A stretch of 63,363 bases of DNA, the filler included, from Octopus bimaculoides (Eukaryota): assembly GCF_001194135.2 (NCBI RefSeq). It is 7 parts of 6 records of this genome, joined end to end, with 100 filler letters (N's around TTAATTAATTAA, not from the genome) between each part and the next. Parts side by side here need not be neighbours in the genome. Positions count along the whole stretch, not along the records: positions 7,601 to 29,046 come from NC_068981.1; positions 29,147 to 31,923 come from NC_069010.1; positions 32,024 to 41,782 come from NC_068982.1; 4 more parts are not named here. One strand, 5' to 3'. This document shows, piece by piece, positions 24,271-37,557 of the stretch (its first letter is position 1; every line of letters starts with the position of its first letter). Below the pieces are notes generated by a model. That model saw only the letters and a program-made list of their open reading frames with translations. It was not told the origin of the DNA and did not search any database. The position numbers and the translations under genes were made by a program.

Positions 24271-24769
24271 CATCTCACGGTTTTAAGCTCGCGTTACATC
24301 GAAGTTAACTGCAAATAACCGTATTGTTCTGTATCAAATGCATTCACATCCCTTGGTTGTAATAAATGGTTTGTGTTCAAGCCAAAAGAACGAAATCTAT
24401 ATTTGAGTGGTCTGAGAGAGAGGGAGAGGGAGGGAGAGAGAGGGACAGAGAGAGAGGGGAGACAGAGAGAGAAAAAGAGAGGAGTGGGAGAGAAAACAGT
24501 GAGAGAGAAATGTTTAGTTTGGTGGTGTGAATTTAAGAGATAAAAGAACGGAGAAAAGACTGATCGTTTTACATTGTATTTGAAAACGCATATATCTATG
24601 CCTGCATGTATGTAATGTAAGTATATATATGTGCTCGTGTATGTGTTTGTGCGTGTGTATGAATGTACGTTTTCTTTTTATTTATTAGAATTCTTCCTAG
24701 AGTGGTTGTGCTGTTTTCCAACAAAGAAACAAAAACACCATCGCTGGAATTTGGATAGTAACAATGATA

Positions 24770-25030
24770 AGTGTTTCATGTTGAACTACAGAACAACCGT
24801 GCATATTTTGCAGTTCCACTTACAGATTGTATCTATAAAGGACGTGTTAGCCAGTCTCTTTCTTTGCTTGAAAATTGCAGTTATTTCCAGATTGTCACTT
24901 AGATATTTACTAACATAACCAAGAATACCAATAATTATTGGTATAAAAGAGAATTCATAATCAGGGTAGAAAAACTGCAAGTTTCGAAGTAGTTGTCCAT
25001 AAATATGAATTTTGGACGATTACCTCTATA
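24770..25030 (-). mobile_element. RLE-type LINE 3' fragment, same family as 9345-10130
   Basis: IYGQLLRNLQFFYPDYEFSFIPIIIGILGYVSKYLSDNL. Confidence 0.7.
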
Positions 25031-25829
25031 ACTATGTATGTATGTATGTATGTATGTATGTATGTATGTATTTATGTATGTATGTATAAAAAGAATGAGA
25101 TAAAGAGACCAGTGGCATAAATAAATTCATATTTTATGTAGAATGTCTAACAGGTTTTTCAGGGAAAATTCAATGTATCCCTTCATCGGAGACGGTAATA
25201 GTAGAAGTTAAGGATTATTAAATCTGTATGAGTAGATTTGCAGTAAGAAATGAGAGCGATGCGGAGAAGAAGAAACAAAGAAGAAAAAGTACTTGGAGTA
25301 TAGTTCCATTCCAAAGGTAAATATCCATGTATAGAATCCGTGTGGGTATTTTCTAGTGATAATTATAGTTATAATGGTAGATATATATCATTTCGTATCC
25401 AGTTTACTCTGTGCGTTGTTTACTTAAAAGACAGCCCGAAGTGAGTGTATGTATGTATGTATGTATGTATGTATGTATGTATGTATGTATGTATGCATGC
25501 ATGCATGTACGTACGAGAGAGTATGTACGAGAGAGTGCTGAAGAGTATCCTGGCTTTGGGCAAAAGAAAATACAGCAGGATCAGTTAGTTATGATTTTAT
25601 TTAACATATTCCCACCTCAGATTCATACACTTATTGCAGCGATCCTTCAGTTTTCCTAATCCCTCTAAAAGAACTCGGTCAGCTAGGCCTTTTGTGATAC
25701 CCTTAAAGCCAGGAACTTTTCAGCAACCCTTCGTGTGTGTATGTGTTTGTGTGTGTATGTGGAGGGGTGTTCTTCTCTTCCTCTTTTTAATTTAGAGTAT
25801 GATTTGACCGACAACCTACTTGGCAGCAA

Positions 25830-26700
25830 GGTTGTGAAAGAAAGTATCTTGTTTTAAAGGTCATCCTTCAAATCTTAAGGCCATGCAGATATCTATATCG
25901 TGATCATTTGTAGCTTATGAATTAAGAATCTGTATTCTCTCCCCAAGATCCTAAGTTCAGCCATATTTGATATAGGCGAGTTGGTATGTATTCCGTTCTT
26001 CCAATAATAAAAGGTATGAAGCCGAAAGCGTGTCTCGGGTTCTAGATTTGCAAACTCCTTATCAATGGCCCATAAATGTCCTCTTTCTCCGGTAGTTTTT
26101 CTAATTACATTGGTGCCCAGAGGGCAGCTGATTTCCACTACAGAGCATATTTTTCCTTTGCGGTTCCACAAAGCAATATCTGTGAGTGTATGTATGTATG
26201 TATGTATGTATGTATGTACGTACGTATGTATGTATGCATGCATGTATGTATGTGTGTATGTATGCGTGTATACATGTTAGGTCACATTTAATGCTACTGG
26301 TAACATGTGACCCATTACAACATGTTGCATGGTCAGGTCTTCGGTGATTAAACCGGCAACCCTACCAAGCTTCCTTGGTAAAGAGGAAGATTTTTTGTTG
26401 GGCACTTGCAGAACGAAAATCAAAATCTGTGAAAGGGCTAATAAACTCAGAAGTGTCAACGGCGATTTAACAACTGGGAGTGAGGGAACTCTAATCTTTA
26501 AACATTTCTCTCGGCTCTCCTATTCCGAAATAACGCACGCCTCATTGCGAAGCCGAAAATCTTGCTCTTGCTTGACTCTAGACTACTTGGCCCTGAAGGT
26601 GGGTGTTTTAATAGTGTTGTCCAAGTTGTTATTGACTAAATTCCAGCACAGAAATTACTGACAGCCACTGTCTTTAGCATCTCGAAGATAATTTGTCAGT
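25830..26700 (-). mobile_element. RLE-type LINE 3' fragment split by a (TACA)n tract
   Basis: TDIALWNRKGKICSVVEISCPLGTNVIRKT is homologous to the 9345 fragment. An upstream remnant ITEDLTMQHVVMG lies at the expected zinc-knuckle position. Confidence 0.65.
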
Positions 26701-26944
26701 GATGGTCATAGTCGTCTACGGGCTGACATCCACCATCTATGCATGTATGTATGTGTGTATGTATGTATGTATATAAGTATGTATGCATGTATCTGTACAA
26801 ATGTGCATATATGTGTGTACGTCTGTATGTACGTCTGTATGTACGTACTATATATGTATGTAGCTGTATAAATGTGCCTATGTGTGTGCATGTCTGTATG
26901 TACATGTGTGTATGTATGTATGTATGTTTGCGTGTGTATTTATG

Positions 26945-26980
<36 letters not shown>

Positions 26981-27404
26981 TGTATGTATGTATGTATGCA
27001 TGTGTGTGCTTGCACATGCGCATTCGGAAGTTTGAAAGAAGGCAAGGGCAGAGTGAGTCAGTGTGAGTACATGTGTGCGTGTGTAATGTGTCCAGATGTG
27101 CTTTTTTTGATGAGATTATGTTTCCATTTATCTTCATTGTATGATTTCCATTTCGTTTGTTGATAAAATATTTTATTATTTGAAGTCTATTAGAAAAAAA
27201 ATACTAACCAGATGCATAAAGACTAAAGATTACGGTTCCATTCTTCTTTTCTTTAGTTTTATCTCCACGCTTTTCTTTCTGGGTAATCCGTTTCTACATT
27301 GATTTGCTATATATGCTTCACAATTTCATTAAGCGTCGCCATCTGAGGGTTATACTTTATACTTTTTATAAAACCTACTGTATTACAAAAATATAGAGTA
27401 TAGT

Positions 27405-27747
27405 GAAGATGCATGGCTCAGTGGTTAGAGCGTCGGGCTCACAATCATGAGGTAGTGAGTTCGTTTCCCGAACCGGGTTGTGTGTTGTGTGCTTGAGCAA
27501 GACACTTTATTTCACTTTGCTCCAGTTCACTCAGCTGTAGAAATGAGTTGCGACGTCACTGGCGCCAAGCCGTATTGGCCTTTACCTGTCCCTTTGATAA
27601 CATTGGTGACGTGGAGAGGAGAGGCCGGTATGCATGGGCGACTGCTAGTCTTCAATAAACAACCTTAACCGGGCTTGTACTTCGGAGAGTAACTTTCTAG
27701 GTGCAGTCCCACGGTCATTCATGACCGAAGGGGTCTTTACCCTTTTT
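27405..27747 (+). mobile_element. CORE-type tRNA-derived SINE (type 3)
   Basis: A-box TGGCTCAGTGG, B-box-like GAGTTCGTTTCC, then the CORE-like TTGAGCAAGACACTTTATTTCACTTTGCTCCAGTTCACTCAGCTGTAGAAATGAGT. TACTGTATTACAA occurs in both flanks. Degenerate relatives lie near 36535-36680 and 44895-45130. Confidence 0.8.
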
Positions 27748-27817
27748 ACTGTATTACAATTAGGAAGTAGACACCACACCTTCAGAAAGAGCAAAGCAAA
27801 CTGTTGTTGTTGTAGTA

Positions 27818-27880
<63 letters not shown>

Positions 27881-27884
27881 TATA

Positions 27885-27935
<51 letters not shown>

Positions 27936-28303
27936 TGCCTATGCATGTTATTTGTTTCAGTCATTGAGTTGCGGCCATGCTGGGGCAATACCTTGAAGAG
28001 TTTCATATGGTACTTATTCTAGCGTATTTCTGTTGTGAAGCAGTGGGAGAGGAGAAGTCTCCTGTAAGTAGCAGCTTGCTGTCCAGCCACACGCTCCAAA
28101 AGATTCTCCTTTTCTAATGCATCTGGTGTCGCTTGTCTTGCCGATCTCACTTCATGAGACCCATCCTAACCAATAGCAGCTCATTTTACAGTATTCCTCC
28201 TATTGGTAATCTGAGCTTGAACGAGCTAAGGCTTCTTTTACAAGGCTGCGAAACATTAAGTCGCACGAAGCCGAATCAATCTATTTTTAATAATAATAAT
28301 AAC

Positions 28304-28372
<69 letters not shown>

Positions 28373-28922
28373 TAGCTGGACCCATGAAAAATTCACGGAA
28401 AACAAAAAAATGTACGTTTTGTGTTCCATTTCTGCCGAGGTCGACTTTGTCTTTCGTCCTTTCGGGGTCGATCGATTAAGTACCAGTTGTGTACTGGGGT
28501 CGATCTAATCAACTGGCCCACTCCCCACAAAAAATTCAGGTCTAGAAAAGTATATATAGAAAGTAATGTAACACCAATGGCTATATAATCCAACCAAAAT
28601 ATCTCAGTTACACAAACGTAAGCGGAATTACTATTTAACCTTAAAATACATCATACATATTCAAAGAACCTTCTTGGTTTAGTGGTATGGAATGTTTTTT
28701 CTGGTGTTCTTTCATTCTTTTACTTGTTTCAGTCATTTTACGGTGGCCATGCTGGGGCACCATCCTTTAGTCGAAGAAATTGACCCCTGGACTTATCCCC
28801 TGTAAGCCTGGTGCTTATTCTATCGGTCTCCTCAGCTGAACAGCTAAATTACAGGGACGCAAACGCACCAACATGGGTTGTCAAGCAACGGTGGTGGTGG
28901 GACAAATACACACATACATACA

Positions 28923-28958
<36 letters not shown>

Positions 28959-28973
28959 TATGCATATATATAT

Positions 28974-29046
<73 letters not shown>

Positions 29047-30530
29047 NNNNNNNNNNNNNNNNNNNNNNNNNNNNNNNNNNNNNNNNNNNNTTAATTAATT
29101 AANNNNNNNNNNNNNNNNNNNNNNNNNNNNNNNNNNNNNNNNNNNNCCTATCCGTCATTTAAAGCTGTATGTAGGGTGTGATTTCAGGGAAATCTGGCTG
29201 CTATTTTCAGCATGTCATGTAACCCCCGTAGTGGTGGCTGTATTCGTGGTGACGGCGATTGTGCTATTTTGGTTGATGATTTGAATAGTTTAGAGGTGAA
29301 AGGTCAGGGTCATAGTTTTCTTTTCTTTTTTTTTTTTGGACCTGACATGTCATTCTTTCTCCCTCCTCCTCTCTCTCTCTCACTTCCACTCACCTTCGTT
29401 TCTAAGCTTTCTTTCGTATTTTTTCCCCCTCTCTTTCATTTCTACTCTTTGCCTCTCACTCCAACTCACACAAATCCCTCTTCTGTCTTCCCCTCCTCCT
29501 TTGCATTTCTTCTGCCATTCTCTTTAAGCTTCCCCTCCCTCTCCCTCATACCCATCCTCTCTTTCATTCCGTTTCTCTCTAATTCATTCCTTCTTTTTCA
29601 CTTTCTACCACTTCCTCTCTCTCTCTATTGCTTTTAGTCTTTCTACTTCTCGCTTTTCTTGCCCTTCACCTAATTTCTCCAGCTCTCAACACAAACAACC
29701 ATGTCGTTCACACTGCACATGTGTAAACATACGTCGCCTCTTTTCAGTCAGTATTTTTGCTAAAAATAGCTGTCAAATCCCATCAAAAATCACTTCCTAC
29801 GTAACTGTTTGTAAAATAAAGACACATTTATTTAACGATGTGGGCCCCAGATTTACAAGAGTGGCTGTGTGGTAAGTAGCTTGCTTACCAACCACATGGT
29901 TCCGAGTTCAGTCCCACTGCGTGGCACCTTGGGCAAGTGTCTTCTACTATAGCCTCGGGCTGACCATAGCCTTGTGAGTGGATTTCGTAGACGGAAACTG
30001 AAAGAAGCCCGTCGTATATATGTATATATATANNNNNNNNNNNNNNNNNNNNNNNNNNNNNNNNNNNNNNNNNNNNNNNNNNNNNNNNNNNNNNNNNNNN
30101 NNNNNNNNNNNNNNNNNNNNNNNNNNNNNNNNNNNNNNNNNNNNNNNNNNNNNNNNNNNNNNNNNNNNNNNNNNNNNNNNNNNNNNNNNNNNNNNNNNNN
30201 NNNNNNNNNNNNNNNNNNNNNNNNNNNNNNNNNNNNNNNNNNNNNNNNNNNNNNNNNNNNNNNNNNNNNNNNNNNNNNNNNNNNNNNNNNNNNNNNNNNN
30301 NNNNNNNNNNNNNNNNNNNNNNNNNNNNNNNNNNNNNNNNNNNNNNNNNNNNNNNNNNNNNNNNNNNNNNNNNNNNNNNNNNNNNNNNNNNNNNNNNNNN
30401 NNNNNNNNNNNNNNNNNNNNNNNNNNNNNNNNNNNNNNNNNNNNNNNNNNNNNNNNNNNNNNNNNNNNNNNNNNNNNNNNNNNNNNNNNNNNNNNNNNNN
30501 NNNNNNNNNNNNNNNNNNNNNNNNNNNNNT

Positions 30531-30925
30531 TACAAGAGTGGCTGTGTGGTAAGTAGCTTGCTTACCAACCACATGGTTCCGAGTTCAGTCCCACTGCGTG
30601 GCACCTTGGGCAAGTGTCTTCTACTATAGCCTCGGGCTGACCATAGCCTTGTGAGTGGATTTCGTAGACGGAAACTGAAAGAAGCCCGTCGTATATATGT
30701 ATTTATGTTTGTGTGTTTTTGTCTCCCCCCCCCTCCAACATCGCTTGAAAACCGATGCTGGTGTGTTTACGTCCCCGTAACTTAGCGGTTCGGTAAAAAG
30801 AGACCGATGGAATAAGTACTAGGTTTCCAAAGAATAAGCCCTGGGGTCGACGATTTGCTCGACTAAATGGCGGTGCTCCAGCATGGCCACAGTCAAATTA
30901 TTGAAACAAGTAAAAGAGTATATAA
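30531..30925 (+). mobile_element. tRNA-headed SINE, type 2, near full length
   Basis: GTGGCTGTGTGGTAAGTAGCTTGC...GAGTTCAGTCCC head, through the CAGCATGGCCACAGTCAAATTATTGAAACAAGTAAAAGA tail. Confidence 0.9.
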
Positions 30926-31250
30926 AAGAGTTATTATTCTATCGGACATCTTGCCAATCTTGCTCAGTTACGGGAACGTAAAAAAAAGCAACACTAGCTG
31001 TCAAGTGGTGGCGTGTGTGTTTACACACGCCCGCGCAGTCAAATTCTTAAATCGTACCCAGTGGCCTTGAAAGACGAGAACAGATTGTGCTGTATGGCGT
31101 AGCTTGATCTTTGAGTTTAAAACATCACTTTCGCTTTGTAATCACTGATTTTTTTTAATTGTTTAAATATCAAAGCGGTGTCCTAATTTTAATTTAGGCC
31201 CTAATCTCTAATCATATCCGAAAAAACCTCACCCATGCAGTACTTGTACC

Positions 31251-31292
<42 letters not shown>

Positions 31293-32023
31293 GTTTTGAG
31301 TTCAAACACTACCGAAGTCAACTTTGCTCTTCGTGCTTTCGGAAGTCAATAAACTACCTGTCAAGTTTCAGAATCGATGTAAATCGACTAAACCACCTCT
31401 TCATAAAAATTGTTGGCCTTCTACTAAAAATTGAAACCATCATTATTATTATTATTATTTGCTTTTTGGGGTCGATAAACTAAGTATAAGATGAACACTG
31501 AGATCGATGCAATCGACACATCCCCACCTCCCCCAAGCTGCCCTTGCGGTAAAAATTTGAAATAATTATTATGTCAGCCTCTTTTACCGAACCGCTTAGC
31601 AACAGTGATATAAAGAAACCAACACCGTCTATCAAGAGGTGGAGACACACATACACGACAGGCTTCTTTCAGTTTCCGTCTACCAAATCCACTCACGAGG
31701 CTTTGATCGGCATGAGGCCTTAGCAGAAGACATTTACCTAAGGTACCACACAGTGGGAGTGAACCTGGAACCATGTGATTAAGGAAGCAAACCTTTTATC
31801 AAACAGCTGCGCTTATTATTTATTAAGTCAGGGTGTCAGGGGGGGGGAGATAGCGTCCCTTGATTCTTTTCAGGGCCCCCAAGACTGGTGATAGAGAGGG
31901 AACAAGGAAGGCACTCTCAAACCNNNNNNNNNNNNNNNNNNNNNNNNNNNNNNNNNNNNNNNNNNNNTTAATTAATTAANNNNNNNNNNNNNNNNNNNNN
32001 NNNNNNNNNNNNNNNNNNNNNNN

Positions 32024-32074
<51 letters not shown>

Positions 32075-32078
32075 CATT

Positions 32079-32109
<31 letters not shown>

Positions 32110-32111
<2 letters not shown>

Positions 32112-33515
32112 ATTATTGTTTAAAACGTCGCACAGTATCCACTATCGTAACAATGTTGATTGAAGATATTGTGTCTACAGGTAGGGGGGTGCACTGCATA
32201 TCAACTCACAACAACGACCTCAGATAGACAGATGTAATATGCGTGCAGTTCCAACTAATGCTGATTTTTGTAATACTCCTAGATTGTAGAATATTTCAAA
32301 AGTTTCCAAATGTTCATTTCAGGATGGGTATTATTGAAACCAATGCTCCGATGACAGTAAGGACAAACTTTATGTCAGGTTTCAATATTTATCAACCTTT
32401 TCTCTTTCTTTCATGATGATATGTTGATCTTACAGCACTGCCACGTTGATTATCAGACACTCTCGTTTCTCACTCCTAAATGTTACTGTATTCAGCCTAC
32501 TGTGTGTTCTAACGCCTTGTCTGTCTGGAAGTCAAAATCCCAGAGGATTTTTGCCTTCCCCTTTTCGTCTATTACCTTTTCCGGTGTACGTTGGTACCAA
32601 GCAACTGTTACCTCGTATCCATATTTCCGGCATAGTAGCCAGTGAAAATGTTGGGCTACCTTGTCGTATCTGCGCAAGGCATCCACAGACACTAACAATG
32701 TGAGTCACGCTTTCGACCTTCTTCCCTTATTTATACCTTTACTGAGCCATATCCATGATGCTTCCTGGTCTTTTAAGGTGTTAGTTTCACGGTGGAACTA
32801 ACCAAGTAATTCCATGCAGAGTAGGGTTTCTTCTCTCTCGTTGGCTGTTCGTGATCGGAATTCATGAGCACACTCAAGTCCATTTTTGATATTTTTTTCT
32901 ACATTAGCAGCATACTGTAGCAGGCCTTGTTTGCTGTTTACCAAATTTCTGCTATGTTTCTTCTTTCACTGTTGATGCCTTCCCGTACGCTAATCAGCCC
33001 ACGTCCACCTTTATCCCCTCTTCATGTAGAGCCTGTGTACATTCGCCTTAGTGTGGAGAGCACCATGCTTTGTTTAGTCTTTCTGATAGTGCAATCCAGT
33101 AGGTTCATCTCCACTTGTGTCCATTTCAGAGTAGGTGTAATATAGCACTTTTCCATTGCCCTTTGGGCCATTCTTCTATGCGACTAAGATCTTAGTTCTA
33201 TATTTAAGAGATCAAGAATTATGTACATTATTTACATTATTTACAATTGACGGATACTTGTCCTCATCTTGTTTATTGTTAACTCAACGTTTCAGCTGAT
33301 ATACCCTCCAGGCTACATCAGGTGTCTTGGGGAAATTTTGAACCTGGGTTCTCATTCCTAAGGTATTTTTTCGATGTTATTATTATTGTTACTATTATTA
33401 TTACTGTTATTATTCAGATCACTGCCTGGAATCGAACTCGAAATCTTGAGGTTAGTAGCCCGCGCTCTTAACCACTACGCCTTATATCCGTGGACATATG
33501 GCTTACGGGCATATG

Positions 33516-33580
<65 letters not shown>

Positions 33581-34100
33581 TTTTAAATATCTTCAGTTAG
33601 CTGCATAAGTACATTTCAAATAATTAACATCTTACCAAAGAACTTATCCACATTTACTTTAGATTAAAGTAAAACTTTCATGTTTCTGAGATGTGCTTTT
33701 CAAAGAACTGCCTTTCATGTCTGGTTCTTTTGTTCTTCAGTTCTTTTATACCGAAGCATTTATAAATATTATCTCCTTGATTTCCATATTTGGGAATCCT
33801 CTCCCCATTACTTTCTACTTTCTTACCTCTTTCTATTATTATAATATCGAATTTTCTTAATCCCAAATCCCATCCCAATATCTCTTTACCAAATCCACAT
33901 ATATTTGATCTTCTTCATTATTTGTTAACATCTCGAAGTCATCCATATAATAGAGATTTACTTCATGCGTCAATACTTTATTTTCTATTTCTATCCTCAT
34001 TCTTACTAGTAGCAGTGATAAACGCGACAAACTTATCACGAACATCAACAAAGACAAGCTACAAACCTTATACATTTCTCTGTTGTTCTTAATATTTCCT
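32110..34100 (-). mobile_element. Decayed R4/Dong-like non-LTR retrotransposon (RT C-terminal part plus RLE)
   Basis: Fragments YYMDDFEML (YxDD), IIIIERGKKVESNG, LKWTQVEMNLLDCTIRK, YDKVAQHFHWLLCRKYGY...KILWDFDFQTDK, CLIINVAV and LQKSALVGTARIL. The 3' end runs into (TAA)n/(CAA)n on the coding strand. Interrupted by 33194-33580. Confidence 0.85.
33194..33520 (-). mobile_element. ORF-less tRNA-head + (AAT)n + hammerhead-tail unit, same family as the 12184-13023 arms
   Basis: A-box AGGCGTAGTGG (33482-33472), B-box GAGTTCGATTCC (33439-33428) and an AAT-rich linker. The hammerhead is degenerate (CUGAUGU core, 33326-33281). It ends at TCTCTTAAATATAGAACT, as the 13023 arm does. Confidence 0.85.
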
Positions 34101-34450
34101 ACCGCATCACTAGAAAGATTAATTTTGTTATGTGTTTACGCTTCGTTTTACAGTCAAAGTATTTCTATCAAAACCATTGTATTCATGGATTCTACATTCG
34201 GTAAAGAAACAGATTAAATATTTTCGGTATTTAGCAACCCGGAATGTTCTGTAGTTTCAAGTAAAATCCTGACTTCAACTTCCGCCTCAGAGGTCAATGA
34301 TAAAATACACAAGTGTCAATTATTGGATTCGATTAAATCGAATATATTCCTCACTCAAATGTTTTTCTCAGCTTATATTATAGAAATCAAAACAATGCAT
34401 ACTGCAGTCAACACTGTAGCACAGATAGAGTGCTATAGATTTATAATAAT

Positions 34451-34660
34451 TATTTCTTTATTGCCCACAGGGGGCTAAACGTAGAGAGGACAAGCAAAAA
34501 CAGACAAAGGAATTAAGTCGATTATATCGACACCAGTGCGTAACTGGTACTTATTTCATCGACCCCGAAAGGATGAAAGGCAAAGTCGACCTCGGCGGAA
34601 TTCGAACTCAGAACGTAACGGCAGACGAAATACCAATAAACATTTCGCCCGTCGCACCGG
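34451..34660 (-). mobile_element. tRNA-headed SINE, type 1, tail variant B
   Basis: Reverse-complement copy ending TGTCCTCTCTACGTTTAGCCCCCTGTGGGCAATAAAGAAATA. Confidence 0.9.
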
Positions 34661-35329
34661 ACGGTATGTTGCCTTCTTGAATAAAATACTTCACTTCACG
34701 TTTCTCTGCAATCTCTTCCATATTTGACGTGGACCGGACGGCGCATTTGTACAGATAATGACAATTTGTGGAGCGAGTGTGGTAACCCACAATGCAAGCA
34801 TTTGCTTGCTATGAAGAAATCATCTGTTCAAGTTATTCGGTAGGAGCTGCTTTCTTCCAAGGAATCTAATGCTCTTAGTGTGTGTGTGTGTGTGTGTGTG
34901 TGTCGGTTTGTGCGTGTATACTCACACACATACACACATATATATATTTATGTATGCATGCATGAATGTAAGTATGCATGTGCGTGTAATTACGTATGTA
35001 TGTATGTTTTATCTTTGAGTGTAATATAAGTTCTTTGTGACAGAGTTCAAACCGGTTCCAAACAAATCCGCAAAACTTTGCGGGGTTAAGAGTGTTGCCG
35101 GTGTCTGTAAATATGTTGTTTAGATGGTATGTTGGCTAAAATTTCGATGCATACACCCAAGTGTGTGCATCTATTGAAATAAGCATCTCACATGCAAATT
35201 TTCAAGAATCCCTTACAAATGTTCACTAACAGATTGGATTTACAGATCCTTGTCACTTCTTTGGCGCTTTTTCTGTCAAACTGAGTAGGGCTTGTGCAAA
35301 TTTGTTGCTACGTTACCTAATGCACCTCT

Positions 35330-35775
35330 GGTCGTGGCTGTGTGGTAAGTAGCTTGCTTATCACCCACATGGTTCCGGGTTCAGTCCCACTGCGTGGCAC
35401 CTTGGGTAAGTGTCTTCTACTATAGCCTCGGACCGAGCAAAGCCTTCTGAGTGGATTTGGTAGACGGAAACTGAAAGAAGCCCGTCGTATATATGTACAT
35501 GTATATATATGTGTGTGTTTGTGTGTCTGTGCTTGTCCCCCCAGCATCACTTGAGAACCGATGCTGGTGTGTTTACGTCCCCGTAACTTAGCGGTTCGGC
35601 AAAAGTGGACGATATGAATAAGTACTAGGCTTACAAAGAATAAGTCCTGGGGTCGATTTGCTCGACTAAAGGTGGTGCTGCAGCATGGCCGCAGTCAAAT
35701 GACTGNNNNNNNNNNCTCGACTAAAGGTGGTGCTGCAGCATGGCCGCAGTCAAATGACTGAAACAAGTAAAAATG
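35330..35775 (+). mobile_element. tRNA-headed SINE, type 2, near full length
   Basis: Colinear with 30531-30925. Includes a 45-bp assembly duplication around a 10-N gap. Confidence 0.9.
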
Positions 35776-37516
35776 AATGAATAAATAAATAAATACTAGC
35801 GTATGTGTGTGTGTAAGTATGTGCATGGGTGGTTTTGTCTATCTGCATGTGTGTGCGCGCCCGCGTATGTGTGTGTGTGTCTAACATGAATTTATAGTTT
35901 CGTTAGGTAATAAGCTTAGCATATTGCAAAAATATTCGTGGTGAATATTTCCAACAAGTTCCGAGGGCAAGTCTGAGATAATAATTTCCCAGCAGTTACA
36001 GTTTAACCTTTCATACAGTATTAACGTCGTTTCTATTTCCATAATTACATGTATCTATATTAGTATATATTTCCGTTTACACATGAGAGAAATTTAATTT
36101 CAACATTGGTGATTGTTTGACAAGCGTAGAAAATTATCTTTACACCGAATACGTTGAGAAAATTATAAATTCAACGTACGGAAATATGTTTGTATTTTGA
36201 AATCATTAATATATTTACGCAAAATTAATCATGAAAACTTAACGATAGCGCTCTATCCATCAAGCCATCTCTCTATGTTCCTATGTAGGCATGTACGTAT
36301 TTGTGTATGTATGAATGTATGATATATATATATAAAATGGTACCACATATTCTGAAAACAAAATTTACAAGCAAATTCAGCTAGTATCTATGGATTTTCT
36401 AGTTTAAAATAAAAACATTTCCATACATTCACTTGATACCTGGAATACAAAGATGTACCCCTTGTGGAGACATCTGGATTATAATCCATATTTATCCAGT
36501 ATGCATATGTGTGTGTGTTAGGGTGTGCGAGAGAGTCCGTGAAGATACGTGGCCTAAGGTGTCATATTAACTATAGCAAGATCGTGGTTTCGATCCCCAG
36601 ACTAGTGTTGCGCTATGTTTTTGAGTAAAATATCTCATTTCTCGTTGCTCCCTTTCGCTCAGATACAAATGGCTACTATAAGACAAACTACTGTTTCGAC
36701 CAAGGTGAATGTTGACACCTGCCTGCCTTGCCTGTGGACTGGTATCATTCGAAATCTACAAGAATGCTAGAAATGGCATTGTGATTAGCGGTGTATAACC
36801 ATATCCGATTGTCTGGTCGTTACAGTGATGTGTGTTTGCGCGCGCGCGCGTCTTTTAAAAGTGGTTGCGGGAAACGTTTCGAATATGTAAATGAAGCTTC
36901 TATACAATTTTGATGGCCACAGTTTAAAGATGCTGACTGGTGAACCAGTTTTTCAGGGTTGCATCGAACTGTACCGATATATTGTAGCATAAAATTAATA
37001 ATAATAACAATAATACTTCATGGAATTCATGAATATCTAACGCATGGCTACGTGCGTTAGCACAAATCACATGCTTTTTAATATCACAGTCCGTATTCCA
37101 GCTATGATTACAATACAGTCCGTGGTCATCGGTTTGATCATCTTCATGGATTCACTTCTTTAGGCGATATCACATTAATGGATGTACAACAGAGGGATAT
37201 TTATTCCTATATACCAATATAAAAGTTAAGCGAGATATCCCATGAATACAGATTATGCTGTTAAGAGATTTGCTATTCGCGGAAACGCGCGTAGCGATGT
37301 TTTAAATATTTATAAATTCCATCCAAGGTTCATTGTTTTTATAATTATATCTGTTCCCTGTTAGTGTATATGTGTCCATTCATGCTGTTAACTATAGTAT
37401 TGGAGTGGTTTAGCTCTTATTTATACCAATGTAGGTGTTTCCTAACACCCTAATTGCATTTAGTGACATTTGTAACTCTCCCTTTTGGTGAAATATTGCA
37501 TCTGCTGTTTATATCA

Positions 37517-37557
<41 letters not shown>

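Noticed and set aside
29220-29290. Transmembrane helix of a cadherin pseudogene (VVVAVFVVTAIVLFWLMI)
   Set aside because: GTG-rich low-complexity sequence next to a dispersed repeat, with no independent support.
29854-30702. Tandem duplication of a SINE 5' half
   Set aside because: 29854-30025 and 30531-30702 are identical, including private variants, on either side of an N gap. This is most likely an unmerged contig overlap.
35661-35760. 45-bp direct repeat
   Set aside because: The exact copies flank a 10-N gap, so this is an assembly overlap artefact.
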